From contig CAVZJB010000016.1 in NCBI GenBank assembly GCA_963775425.1, positions 1 to 64,000 of the forward strand: DNA of 64,000 nt. The letters run 5' to 3'. Below are positions 18,333 through 26,434 of this stretch, piece after piece. The notes under the pieces are model-generated. The model saw nothing but the letters and a program-made list of their open reading frames with translations, was not told the DNA's origin and did not search any database. A program made the translations under genes and the position numbers. The first letter of the stretch is position 1, and every line of letters starts with the position of its first letter. This DNA comes from an uncultured delta proteobacterium (GTDB lineage Bacteria; Myxococcota; UBA727; VGSZ01).

Positions 18333-19562
18333 TCAGGGAGCGCGGCGCTGCACCGTGATCTCGGCGTCCACCGCGTGGCCGTCGACGTCGTGCGTGCTGA
18401 ACCACGCGAGGTACTCGACGCCGTCGAGGTCGACGTGCATGAGCTCGTCGTGCAACGTGTCCGTCGCGGACAGGGCCTTGGCGAGCGCCGCGGGGGGCTC
18501 GTCGCTCGCGTTCGAGACGTCGTAGACCGCCCGCAGCAGATCGGAGCCGCCGCCGGCCACCGCGCGCACGGCGAGGATGTGCACGTTGCCGGAGAGGTCG
18601 ACGGCGACGGAGCGGACGACGCTGCCGTCGTCGGCGACGACGCCGGGGCCGTCGAGGTCGACGCTCGCGTGGCTCACGAGGTCCGTGATGTTCGGGTGGA
18701 CGCCGTTGATGCCGCCCGCCCAGGCCGCGCCGCCGTCGCGCGCGACGGAGATGCCGGTGGTGATGAGGCGGCCGCCGATGGGATCGAGGGCGCTCCACGC
18801 GGCCGTCGCCGAGGGCAGCGCCGCGTGCACCAGGTCGTCGGAGGGGTTGGAGGCGAGCGCGTGTAGGCCGCCCGCGCCGGAGGCGACCGAGGCGTCGCCG
18901 TCGATGCCGAAGTCGACCTCCTGCGTCCACGCGGCGCCGTCGAAGGCGCTCGCGACAATCTCGCAGTTGCTGCCGAAGTCGCCGCGGGCCACGTAGTAGC
19001 GATCGCCGAGCACCGCGAGCACCGCGGAGTTCGCCCGCGCGGGCCCGGGCACGCCGTCGTCCCACACGCCGCTGTGCCGCGTAATGACGAGGAGGCTTCC
19101 GTCGTCGACGAGCGCGACGGGATCGCCCTCGCCGTCGATGGCGAGCGACACCGGCGTCGGCGTGCCCGCGCCGGAACGCGCGCGCGCGATCTCTGTGTGG
19201 AAGTCGCCGGTCGCGTGGAGCTCCACGTAGTCGAGCTCGCTCGAGCTGTCGTCGAACAGGACGTCGACGAGGGCGGCGACGCCGTCGTCGGCGCTCGCGA
19301 AGACGGCGACGAGCGGCACGGCGCCCGCCGCGAGCGGCAGCGTGACCGTGTCGGCGCCGCCTTCGCCTTCGCCCTCGCCCTCGCCTTCGCCTTCGCCCTC
19401 GCCCTCGCCCACCTGGCAGCGCCCGGCGACGCACGTGGGGAGCGCGGCCGGGCAGTTGTCGTCGCGGCGGCAGAGCACGTTCCTGCCGCTGAAGTCGCAG
19501 CCGCCGGCGAGGACGGCGAAGATCGAGAGGCCTGCGAGGAGCAAGCGCGCTTCGGCGTTCAT
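18333..19562 (-). CDS. Hypothetical lipoprotein with Cys motif, (GE)n linker and probable beta-propeller
   Basis: LAGGC lipobox, CRRDDNC..C...C, GEGEGE tract, beta-rich remainder. Confidence 0.7.
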   Translation of the reverse strand: MNAEARLLLAGLSIFAVLAGGCDFSGRNVLCRRDDNCPAALPTCVAGRCQVGEGEGEGEGEGEGEGEGGADTVTLPLAAGAVPLVAVFASADDGVAALVDVLFDDSSSELDYVELHATGDFHTEIARARSGAGTPTPVSLAIDGEGDPVALVDDGSLLVITRHSGVWDDGVPGPARANSAVLAVLGDRYYVARGDFGSNCEIVASAFDGAAWTQEVDFGIDGDASVASGAGGLHALASNPSDDLVHAALPSATAAWSALDPIGGRLITTGISVARDGGAAWAGGINGVHPNITDLVSHASVDLDGPGVVADDGSVVRSVAVDLSGNVHILAVRAVAGGGSDLLRAVYDVSNASDEPPAALAKALSATDTLHDELMHVDLDGVEYLAWFSTHDVDGHAVDAEITVQRRAP

Positions 19563-19698
19563 GGCCCGTGATAGCGCGTCGGTGCCGACGGGATCGAGCG
19601 AAGGCGCCCCACGCGCCGGGGCGCGGCGGCGGGTCGGTACTTCGCAGCACTTCGCCGCACACGCGCGCCGCACTTCGCGGCACGCCCTGCATCGGCAC

Positions 19699-19917
19699 GT
19701 AGGGCGTCCCCTTGTGGGGCGCGTCGAGGGGCGCGGCCCCGTCCACGGCGGGTGTTTCCGACGCGGGGGGGCAAGCCCCCGCCCGACGAACCGCGCTGCG
19801 AAACGACGACGGCATTGCGGCCGGCGCGTAGGGCGCCCCCTCGTGGGGCGCGTCGGGGGGACCGGCACGTTCGATGGCGCCGGGTCACTCCGATGCGGTG
19901 GCAAGCCCCCGCCCTAC
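19699..19917. repeat. Two REPIN-like pairs of GTAG-family REPs
   Basis: GTAGGGCG(T/C)CCCCT(T/C)GTGGGGCGC at 19699 and 19828, each followed by an inverted GGCAAGCCCCCGCCC(G/T)AC. Confidence 0.8.
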
Positions 19918-19979
19918 GGGTCCTCGATCGTGGCCGACGTCGCGAAGAGCGCACCCGGTGTGACGACTTTTCAAACGGC

Positions 19980-20028
19980 TGAGCAACCCGGGACATAGGT
20001 GACGTTTCAGACCGGAGACATAGGTGAC
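19980..20028. mobile_element. Isolated IS481-family-like terminal sequence
   Basis: TGAGCAACCCGGGACATAGGTGAC...CCGGAGACATAGGTGAC: two GACATAGGTGAC copies 25 bp apart, resembling IS481 ends; no transposase nearby. Confidence 0.6.
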
Positions 20029-20201
20029 GGGTGATGGGCGACGCGAGAGAGATCGAGGAGACGAGGAACGAGGAACGAAGAACACGAGGTGCGCTGAAGC
20101 GACATCGACTCGGACGCTCGGCCGGCGGCCAGCGGATCGCGGCCGGCGGAGATCGGACCTCGACGCGCGGCGAGGCCGAGCCCCGCCGCGCGCGCCGAGC
20201 C

Positions 20202-20534
20202 TCAGCGAAACTTGTAGAGCATGGCGCAGAAGTGGTCGCAGCGGTCCTGGCCGACGTCGCGCTCCGCGGCGGTGACGGCCTCGCTCAGGAACCCGATGTC
20301 GAGGATGGCGCTCACCTCGCGCGCGCTCCCGGCGGCGATGTCGAAGTACCGCGCGCGCTCCTTCGCCGACTGCTTGCGACAGCCCTCGGAGAAATTGAGC
20401 GTGATGGATGACGACGCGCGGCGCAGTTGGTCCTTGAGGTCCGCGAAGCCCGGCGGAAACTGCTTCGCGAGCTGGAAGCACTGGCCGTAGATCTCCAGCG
20501 ACTTCCCGTAGAGGCGAGTGTCTCGGTAGTCCAT
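20202..20534 (-). CDS. Four helix bundle protein (23S rRNA IVP / Avd-like family)
   Basis: LKDQLRRASSSITLNFSEG, RARYFDIAAGSARE motifs; GAAGGAGGA RBS. Confidence 0.92.
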   Translation of the reverse strand: MDYRDTRLYGKSLEIYGQCFQLAKQFPPGFADLKDQLRRASSSITLNFSEGCRKQSAKERARYFDIAAGSAREVSAILDIGFLSEAVTAAERDVGQDRCDHFCAMLYKFR

Positions 20535-20638
20535 GTTCAATCCTCCTTCGAAGGCCGAGCACGGCGGCCTTCAAAGCCTGCGTGGCCGCCGCGCGCAGGC
20601 CGAGAAGGAGGACGAACATGGCCTCGGGGTCACTCGCC
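20513..20638 (-). promoter_or_regulatory. Structured 5' leader pairing over the RBS/start of the left four-helix gene
   Basis: 20531-20549 pairs with 20604-20621; 20513-20520 pairs with 20631-20638; two internal hairpins. Confidence 0.7.
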
Positions 20639-20681
20639 GTTTCAGGAAGTGCTGTCGGTCGTAGGCCGGTTCTCGACGAGA

Positions 20682-20817
20682 GAGTGCTCGCGCTTCATGG
20701 CCTGGCCCGTGTGGTCTTCGCGAACCCCGACGTGGGGCCCTCAAGCGCTTCGCGCTTTTGACGAGGGCCCCACGTCGGGGATCCGCAAGGAGACCAGGCC
20801 ATGAAGCACGAGCACTC
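20682..20817 (+). promoter_or_regulatory. Structured 5' leader pairing over the start of the right four-helix gene
   Basis: 20682-20705 vs 20794-20817 is a 23/24 inverted repeat; inner perfect 18-bp stem 20725-20742/20763-20780. Confidence 0.75.
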
Positions 20818-21133
20818 CCGCATCTACCTCACCTCGCGCGCGCTCAACCGCGAGGCTGCCGCGCTCGCCAACCGGCTGCCGCGTGGCTTCAGCAACCTGA
20901 AGGACCAGCTTCGCCGCGCGTCGGCCTCGGTGACGTTGAACTTCTGCGAGGGGAGCCGGCACGAGTCGCTCGCGGAGCGTGGGCGCTACTTCCGGATCGC
21001 GTCCGGGAGCGCCGCCGAGGTGAGCGCCATCGCGGATGTCGCGGAGGACTTCGGCGTCATCGCTCCCGAGCAGCACGCGGCCATCAAGGACTACTGCAAT
21101 CACCTGTGCGCGATGCTGCGGCTGTACCGGTGA
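20801..21133 (+). CDS. Four helix bundle protein (23S rRNA IVP / Avd-like family)
   Basis: LKDQLRRASASVTLNFCEG, RGRYFRIASGSAAE motifs; AAGGAG RBS; paralogue of 20202-20534. Confidence 0.92.
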   Translation: MKHEHSRIYLTSRALNREAAALANRLPRGFSNLKDQLRRASASVTLNFCEGSRHESLAERGRYFRIASGSAAEVSAIADVAEDFGVIAPEQHAAIKDYCNHLCAMLRLYR

Positions 21134-21336
21134 TGGCCGCTCGGCGGCGGAGCTCTGCGGAGCTTCGCCGCTCTCTCGATCGGGAAGGGCGACGCGAGAG
21201 ATGCGGGAGGGGTCGAGGGCCCGACAGAACGAGGACACGAGGGACACGAGGGCGGCCCGGATCGGATCCGCGGCCGGCGGCAAGCGGCTCGCGGCCGGCG
21301 GAGATCGGAGCGAGATCGCCCCCAGGCTCAACGGGT

Positions 21337-21640
21337 TCGAGACGCGCGCCCGGGTGTGACGATTTGCGAACCGCGGTGCGTAGGGCGGGGGCTTGTCCCC
21401 CCGCATCCCCACGCGCGCCCGCCGACGGAAAAGGCGGGGGACGAGCCCCCGCCCTACGGGTCGTCGACGTAGCCGACGTCGCGAATGGCTCGAAACGCGC
21501 GCCCGGGTGTGACGATTTGCGAACCGCGGTGCGTAGGGCGGGGGCTTGTCCCCCGCATCCCCACGTGCGCCCGCCGACGGAAAGGCGGGGGACGAGCCCC
21601 CGCCCTACGGGTCCTCGATCGTGGCCGCCGTCGCGGATGG
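21337..21640. repeat. Two tandem ~153-bp units, each containing a REP pair, abutting the tRNA 3' end
   Basis: Units start at 21337 and 21490; GTAGGGCGGGGGCTTGTCCCCC...GGGGGACGAGCCCCCGCCCTAC in each; partial third copy at about 19900-19975. Confidence 0.9.
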
Positions 21641-21714
21641 CGCGCCCGGCGCGACTCGAACGCGCGACCCCCGGTTTAGGAAACCGATGCTCTGTCCAGC
21701 TGAGCTACGGGCGC
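21638..21714 (-). tRNA. tRNA-Arg(CCT)
   Basis: Reverse complement GCGCCCGTAGCTCAGCTGGACAGAGCATCGGTTTCCTAAACCGGGGGTCGCGCGTTCGAGTCGCGCCGGGCGCGCCA; cloverleaf, anticodon CCT, encoded CCA. Confidence 0.96.
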
Positions 21715-21763
21715 AGAGGCGCCTGTTTGCCACGGCGCGCCGCGGGGGGAAAGAGGGCTCGGC

Positions 21764-22876
21764 TCATGCGTGGGCGCACGACCAGCGGACGAGATCGAGG
21801 GCGCTGACGATGCCGACGACGTGGCGCTCCGCGTTGATCACCGGGAGGCGGTGGATGCCCTCGTAGGCGAGCAGGCGGGCGGCGTCGTCGATGGAGGTGT
21901 CCTCGTAGACCACGAACGGCGCGTGCATCATCAGGCCGCCGACGTCGATCTTGTCGAGGTCGGCGTGGCGCGCGAGCGCCTGCACGAGGTCCGTCTGGGA
22001 GATGACGCCCACCGGTGCGCCGTCGTCGTCGATGACGGGGACGCCGCGGACGCCGCCCTCGGCGAGGATGCCGACGAGGCGGCTGGCGGGGACGTCGCGG
22101 CTCACGCAGTGGACGTCGCGGGTCATCACGTCGCCGACGCGGGCGGCGGCGGCGGTCTCCTCGATGTTGCAATGCAACCCGCCGCGCCGGTCGATGTCCT
22201 CGAAGAAGCGGCAGGAGGTGCAGGTGTGCTCGACGTCCACCGTGCACCTCCGCGGGCAGTCGGCGTACACGCGCGTGCGCGAGCCGCCGGCGCCGTGGGT
22301 GCGCACCACGCCGAGCCTGCGCGCGCGGGGCGGGGGCACCTCGAGGAGCCCGGTGTCCAGCGGCCGCGCGGCCGCCGCTTCGAGCAGGCGCACGGCGAGC
22401 GCGTGCCGCTCGTCCTGATCGAGGAGCAGCCGCGCGGTGGGCAACATGACGTCGTCCTCGAAGCGCAGGGCTCGCTCCGCCTCGCGGGTGAGCGCCGACA
22501 CCGCCTCCTGCCACACGTCGGCGTCCACGGCGGCGCCGCGGGCGAGCTCGTCGATCAGGGGCGTGAGCGCCGACGCCGCCCGCTCGAGGGCCGCGTGGCC
22601 GCGCTCGGTGGACGACAGCGCGCCGTCCAGCCAGCTCCCGCGCCGCCCGCGCAGGGAGGGGACGACAAGCCCCCCCTCGTCGGCGAGGTGGTCTCTCAGG
22701 GGGCCCCCGAGGAAGGCCCGCAGGAGCCGGGCGTCGTCGGGGCGGGCGTGGCCCTCCGCGTCGACGATGCCGTGGGCCCAGCCCACCACGTCGCGGATGG
22801 CGTCGTGGAAGTCCTGGAGATGATCGAGCGGGTCGATCATGTCGTCGAGGCGCGGAAGGGTAAGCTCGGTGCGCAT
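21764..22876 (-). CDS. Hemerythrin-like + Cys cluster + CBS pair protein
   Basis: HLADE, H..LE and FEDDVMLP in the N-terminal part; VGDVMTRDV, GVISQTDL, IHRLPV, GIVSALD CBS motifs. Confidence 0.8.
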   Translation of the reverse strand: MRTELTLPRLDDMIDPLDHLQDFHDAIRDVVGWAHGIVDAEGHARPDDARLLRAFLGGPLRDHLADEGGLVVPSLRGRRGSWLDGALSSTERGHAALERAASALTPLIDELARGAAVDADVWQEAVSALTREAERALRFEDDVMLPTARLLLDQDERHALAVRLLEAAAARPLDTGLLEVPPPRARRLGVVRTHGAGGSRTRVYADCPRRCTVDVEHTCTSCRFFEDIDRRGGLHCNIEETAAAARVGDVMTRDVHCVSRDVPASRLVGILAEGGVRGVPVIDDDGAPVGVISQTDLVQALARHADLDKIDVGGLMMHAPFVVYEDTSIDDAARLLAYEGIHRLPVINAERHVVGIVSALDLVRWSCAHA

Positions 22877-22993
22877 ACGAACCCCCGGGTCTGCACACAT
22901 TGCACCCATCGTGCCTGGACGAGACGGCGCACGGGCGCGGCATCGCCCAATCGACGGGGGGAATTTCGCACGACGGCGCGGTAGCTTTGGCAC

Positions 22994-24439
22994 ATGCCCA
23001 TGAAGCCTCTGGCCTTCGCCATCGCGGCGCTCGCGTGCGTCCCCGCCCTGGCGCACATCGAGCTCGACTTCCCCTCCACGCGCTACCCGAACAACCCGAA
23101 CGAGGTGAACAAGAACTGTCCCTGCGGCGCGGGCACCGGCGGGCAGTACTGCCAGTCCGGCGTCACCAGCGATCCCAATCGCTCGGACAACGTCACCACG
23201 TTCGCGCCCGGCGACACCATCACCGTGCAGTGGCGCGAGACCATCGGGCACAGCGGCCGCTTCCGCGTCGCCTTCGATCCCGACGGCGCCGACCTCGCCG
23301 ACTTCAACGCCAACATCCTCGGCGACATCGCCGACCCCAACGACGGCACCGGCGCGCGCACCATGGACGTCACGCTCCCCGATACGCCGTGCGACAACTG
23401 CACCATCCAGCTCATCCAGGACATGAGCGGCGACACCATCGATCCCGTCTCCGACCCCACCGGCGACCGCACCTACTTCACCTGCGCCGACATCGTCATC
23501 AGCGGCGACGGCGGCGGCGGCGGCGGCGGTGGTGGTGGTGGGGGCGGCAACAACAACAACGCAGCGGCGGACTCGGGCGGCTGCTCGTCGACGTCGTCGT
23601 CGCAGGCGCCGCTGCTCGCGCTCCTGCCGCTCGTGGCTCTGCTCGCGCGCCGCCGCCGGCGCAGGACCAGCGCGCTGCCGGCGCTCGTCGTCGCCGTGGC
23701 CGCCTGCGCGGCGGGGACGGCGTCGGCGCACATCCAGATGGACTTCCCCACGCCGCGCTTCAACGATGGCCAGAACAAGTGGTGCCCGTGCGGCACCGGC
23801 GGCGACGGCACCCGCGCCAACAACGGCTGCGCCGTCTCCACCTCGGACCCGAACCCCGGCAACACCCGCAACGCCTTCACGGCGGGGCAGACCATCACCC
23901 TGCAGTGGCGCGAGACCATCGACCACACCGGGCGCTTCCGCGTGTCCTTCGATCCCGACGGGGCCGATCAGGGCGACTTCGATCAGCACATCCTCGCCGA
24001 CATCCCCGACCCCGCCGGCACCGCAGGGGCGCACACCCTCGACGTCACGCTGCCCAACATCGACTGCGACAACTGCACGCTCCAGCTCATCCAGGTGATG
24101 AACGGCGACACCATCGACCCCGTCCCCACGCCCACCAACAGCTACTTCCAGTGCGCGAACCTCTCGCTCAGCGGCGCTACGGCCGGCGAAGGCGAGGGCG
24201 AAGGCGAAGGCGAAGGCGAGGGCGAGGGTGACGTTGGCGAAGGCGAAGGCGAAGGCGAGGGTGAGGGTGAGGGTGACATCGGCGAAGGCGAAGGCGAGGG
24301 TGAAGGCGACGCGGGCGAGGGCGAGGGCGAGGGCGACGGCGCAGGCGCGCCGAGCTGCGCGTCGACGCCCGCGTCTCCGTGGCTCGCGCTCGCGGGGCTC
24401 ACCCTGCTCGCGCGCCGTCGACGGACATCCGCCCGCTGA
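22994..24439 (+). CDS. Tandem SCE4755-like (LPMO-like His-brace) protein with two signal peptides and two MYXO-CTERM-like tails
   Basis: Two ~150-aa domains each starting AxA|HI with PCG, H.GRFR..FD, CDNCT.QLIQ.M, YF.CA; each followed by linker-Cys-TM-RRRR. Confidence 0.82.
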   Translation: MPMKPLAFAIAALACVPALAHIELDFPSTRYPNNPNEVNKNCPCGAGTGGQYCQSGVTSDPNRSDNVTTFAPGDTITVQWRETIGHSGRFRVAFDPDGADLADFNANILGDIADPNDGTGARTMDVTLPDTPCDNCTIQLIQDMSGDTIDPVSDPTGDRTYFTCADIVISGDGGGGGGGGGGGGGNNNNAAADSGGCSSTSSSQAPLLALLPLVALLARRRRRRTSALPALVVAVAACAAGTASAHIQMDFPTPRFNDGQNKWCPCGTGGDGTRANNGCAVSTSDPNPGNTRNAFTAGQTITLQWRETIDHTGRFRVSFDPDGADQGDFDQHILADIPDPAGTAGAHTLDVTLPNIDCDNCTLQLIQVMNGDTIDPVPTPTNSYFQCANLSLSGATAGEGEGEGEGEGEGEGDVGEGEGEGEGEGEGDIGEGEGEGEGDAGEGEGEGDGAGAPSCASTPASPWLALAGLTLLARRRRTSAR

Positions 24440-24489
24440 CGGGTCGCCCCGGCCTCGACCGGCGACCGCTCGGGCGCTAGCCTGCGCGC

Positions 24490-25371
24490 ATGAAGACCCT
24501 CTTTGTCGTCGTGGCGTCGCTCGCGCTCTCCCTGCCCGCGTTCGCCCACATCCATCTCACGTCGCCGCCGCCGCGCTATCCGACAAACGGGCTCGACAAC
24601 AAGAACAAGAGCTGCCCCTGCGGCGCAACCGCGGGAGGCACGCAGAGCTGCAGCGGCGCCGTGACCAGCGACGCCGCGCGCAGCGCCAACGTGACGAGGT
24701 TCTCCCCGGGCCAGACCGTCACCATCTCGTGGAACGAGGACATCGCGCACACGGGCAGGTTTCGCGTCGCGTTCGATCCGGACGGCGCCGACCTCAGCGC
24801 CTTCAACGCGCACATCCTCGCGGACCTCGCCGACCCACCGGGCAGCAGCGGCAAGAACTGCGTCGTCGGCGCCAGCGCCACCGACGTGACCTGCACCGCG
24901 GGCACCGGCTCCGCCTGGTCCGTGCAGGTGACGCTGCCGGACACCCCCTGCAGCAACTGCACGCTCCAGCTCATCCAGGACATGAACAACGACACCGTCG
25001 ACCCGGTCACCGATCCCACGGGCGACAGCACCTACTTTCAGTGCGCCGACATCATCCTCGGTGACGCTGCCGGCGAAGGCGAAGGCGAAGGCGAAGGCGA
25101 AGGCGAAGGCGAAGGTGAGGGCGAGGGCGAGGGCGAGGGCGAGGGCGAGGGTGAAGGCGAGGGCGAGGGCGAGGGCGAAGGCGAAGGTGAGGGAGACGTC
25201 GGCGAAGGCGAGGGCGAAGGCGAAGGCGAAGGCGACGCCGGCGAGGGCGAGGGCGAGGGCGAGGGCGAGGTCCAGGGCTGCCAGGGCTGCACCGCGACCG
25301 GCACCGGCGGCGCCGTGATGTTCGTCGGGCTCCTCGGGCTCGCGGGCGTCCGTCGCCGTCGACGGGGCTGA
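24490..25371 (+). CDS. SCE4755-like (LPMO-like) protein with long (GE)n stalk and MYXO-CTERM-like tail
   Basis: AFA|[26 protein letters not shown]; GC...TM...RRRRR tail. Confidence 0.85.
   Translation: MKTLFVVVASLALSLPAFAHIHLTSPPPRYPTNGLDNKNKSCPCGATAGGTQSCSGAVTSDAARSANVTRFSPGQTVTISWNEDIAHTGRFRVAFDPDGADLSAFNAHILADLADPPGSSGKNCVVGASATDVTCTAGTGSAWSVQVTLPDTPCSNCTLQLIQDMNNDTVDPVTDPTGDSTYFQCADIILGDAAGEGEGEGEGEGEGEGEGEGEGEGEGEGEGEGEGEGEGEGEGDVGEGEGEGEGEGDAGEGEGEGEGEVQGCQGCTATGTGGAVMFVGLLGLAGVRRRRRG
25072..25270 (+). repeat. Coding hexamer repeat (Gly-Glu)n
   Basis: GGC/GGT-GAA/GAG repeats; similar tracts at about 19360-19390, 24185-24335 and 56282-56300. Confidence 0.92.
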
Positions 25372-25418
25372 GGCGGGGCAGGCCCGCACGCCGCCGATGT
25401 CCCGCGCGCCAGCGCGCA

Positions 25419-25497
25419 CCCCACCGGTCGAGCCCCACCGGTCGAGCCCCCACCGGTCGAGCTCGCCGTGATCAGCGACCGGAGGGAGCGGCCGCGC
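25419..25497. repeat. Three CCACCGGTCGAGC repeats plus one inverted copy of the 14.55-kb REP-like unit
   Basis: Direct reading of the intergenic region between convergent genes. Confidence 0.8.
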
Positions 25498-25510
25498 TGG
25501 TCGCGGCCGG

Positions 25511-26398
25511 TCAGAGGCCTTTGGCGGTGACGACGGCGGCGACGCGGTCCATGAGCTTGTTGTCGCCGAGGGTGCGGGCGAGGGAGCGCAGAGCGTCTTC
25601 GTCGGGGCCGCGCCAGCGGAGGTCGTCGACGGTCTCTTTCAGCGGGACGTCGAGGCGCAGGGTGGCCAGGGTCTTGTAGAGCGTCACCGCCTCGCGCGAC
25701 GACGACAGCGCCGCCGCGAGCTTGTCGGCGCCGCGCACCTTCACGCTGAAGCGCGCGGCGTCGTCGGGGATGTCCTCGACGTGGCCGTAGGCCGTGAGCA
25801 ACGCCGCGGCGCTCTTGGCGCCCCAGCCGGGGATGCCCGGGATGCCGTCGGCCGCGTCGCCGACGAGCGCGAGCCAGTCGGGGATGGACCCCGGATCGAC
25901 GCCGAACTTCGCGCGCACCTCGGCGGCGCCGAGGATCTTCTGCTGCTTGCGGTCGAAGAGCACCGCCGTGTCGTCGACGACGCACTGGCACAGGTCCTTG
26001 TCCGGCGAGCAGAGGAACACGCGCTCCACCCCGGGCGCGCCGCGGCACCTCTCGGCCATGGCGGCGACGGCGTCGTCGGCCTCGAATTCGATCATCGACC
26101 AGGTCACCAGGCCCAGCGCGCGCGTGGCCTCCTCGGCGAGCGGGAACTGCGCCCACAGGTTCGGGTCGATGCCGGCGCCGGTCTTGTAGCCGCCGAACAA
26201 ATCGTTCCTGAAGCTCTCGATGACGGTGTCGAACGCCACGCCCACGTGCGTGACGCCGTCGCCGCGCAGGAGGGACAGGAGCGTCGCGACGAGGCCGCGA
26301 ACGGCGCCCACCTCGCGCCCCGACGGCGACGTCGACGGCGGCGCGCCGAAGAAGCAGCGGAACAGCTCGTAGGTGCCGTCGACGAGGTGGATCTGCAC
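25511..26398 (-). CDS. 5'-3' exonuclease / flap endonuclease (PolA N-terminal-like)
   Basis: LVDGT, SFRN...[33 protein letters not shown] motifs. Confidence 0.93.
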   Translation of the reverse strand: MQIHLVDGTYELFRCFFGAPPSTSPSGREVGAVRGLVATLLSLLRGDGVTHVGVAFDTVIESFRNDLFGGYKTGAGIDPNLWAQFPLAEEATRALGLVTWSMIEFEADDAVAAMAERCRGAPGVERVFLCSPDKDLCQCVVDDTAVLFDRKQQKILGAAEVRAKFGVDPGSIPDWLALVGDAADGIPGIPGWGAKSAAALLTAYGHVEDIPDDAARFSVKVRGADKLAAALSSSREAVTLYKTLATLRLDVPLKETVDDLRWRGPDEDALRSLARTLGDNKLMDRVAAVVTAKGL

Positions 26399-26434
26399 GG
26401 CACATGCTCTACTCTCGGCCTCGAGAACCCGCCA

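Noticed and set aside
19559-19998. ORFs across the REP region (also 20741-21412, 21485-21866)
   Set aside because: Translations of REP and tRNA sequence (e.g. GGKPPPY), not credible proteins.
19980-20028. Intact IS481 element
   Set aside because: No transposase ORF, no second end found, and the terminus reads TGA rather than TGT.
20202-21133. Diversity-generating retroelement (Avd-like genes)
   Set aside because: No reverse transcriptase and no TR/VR pair with adenine-specific mismatches seen; differences among the DUF2330 copies do not look A-restricted.
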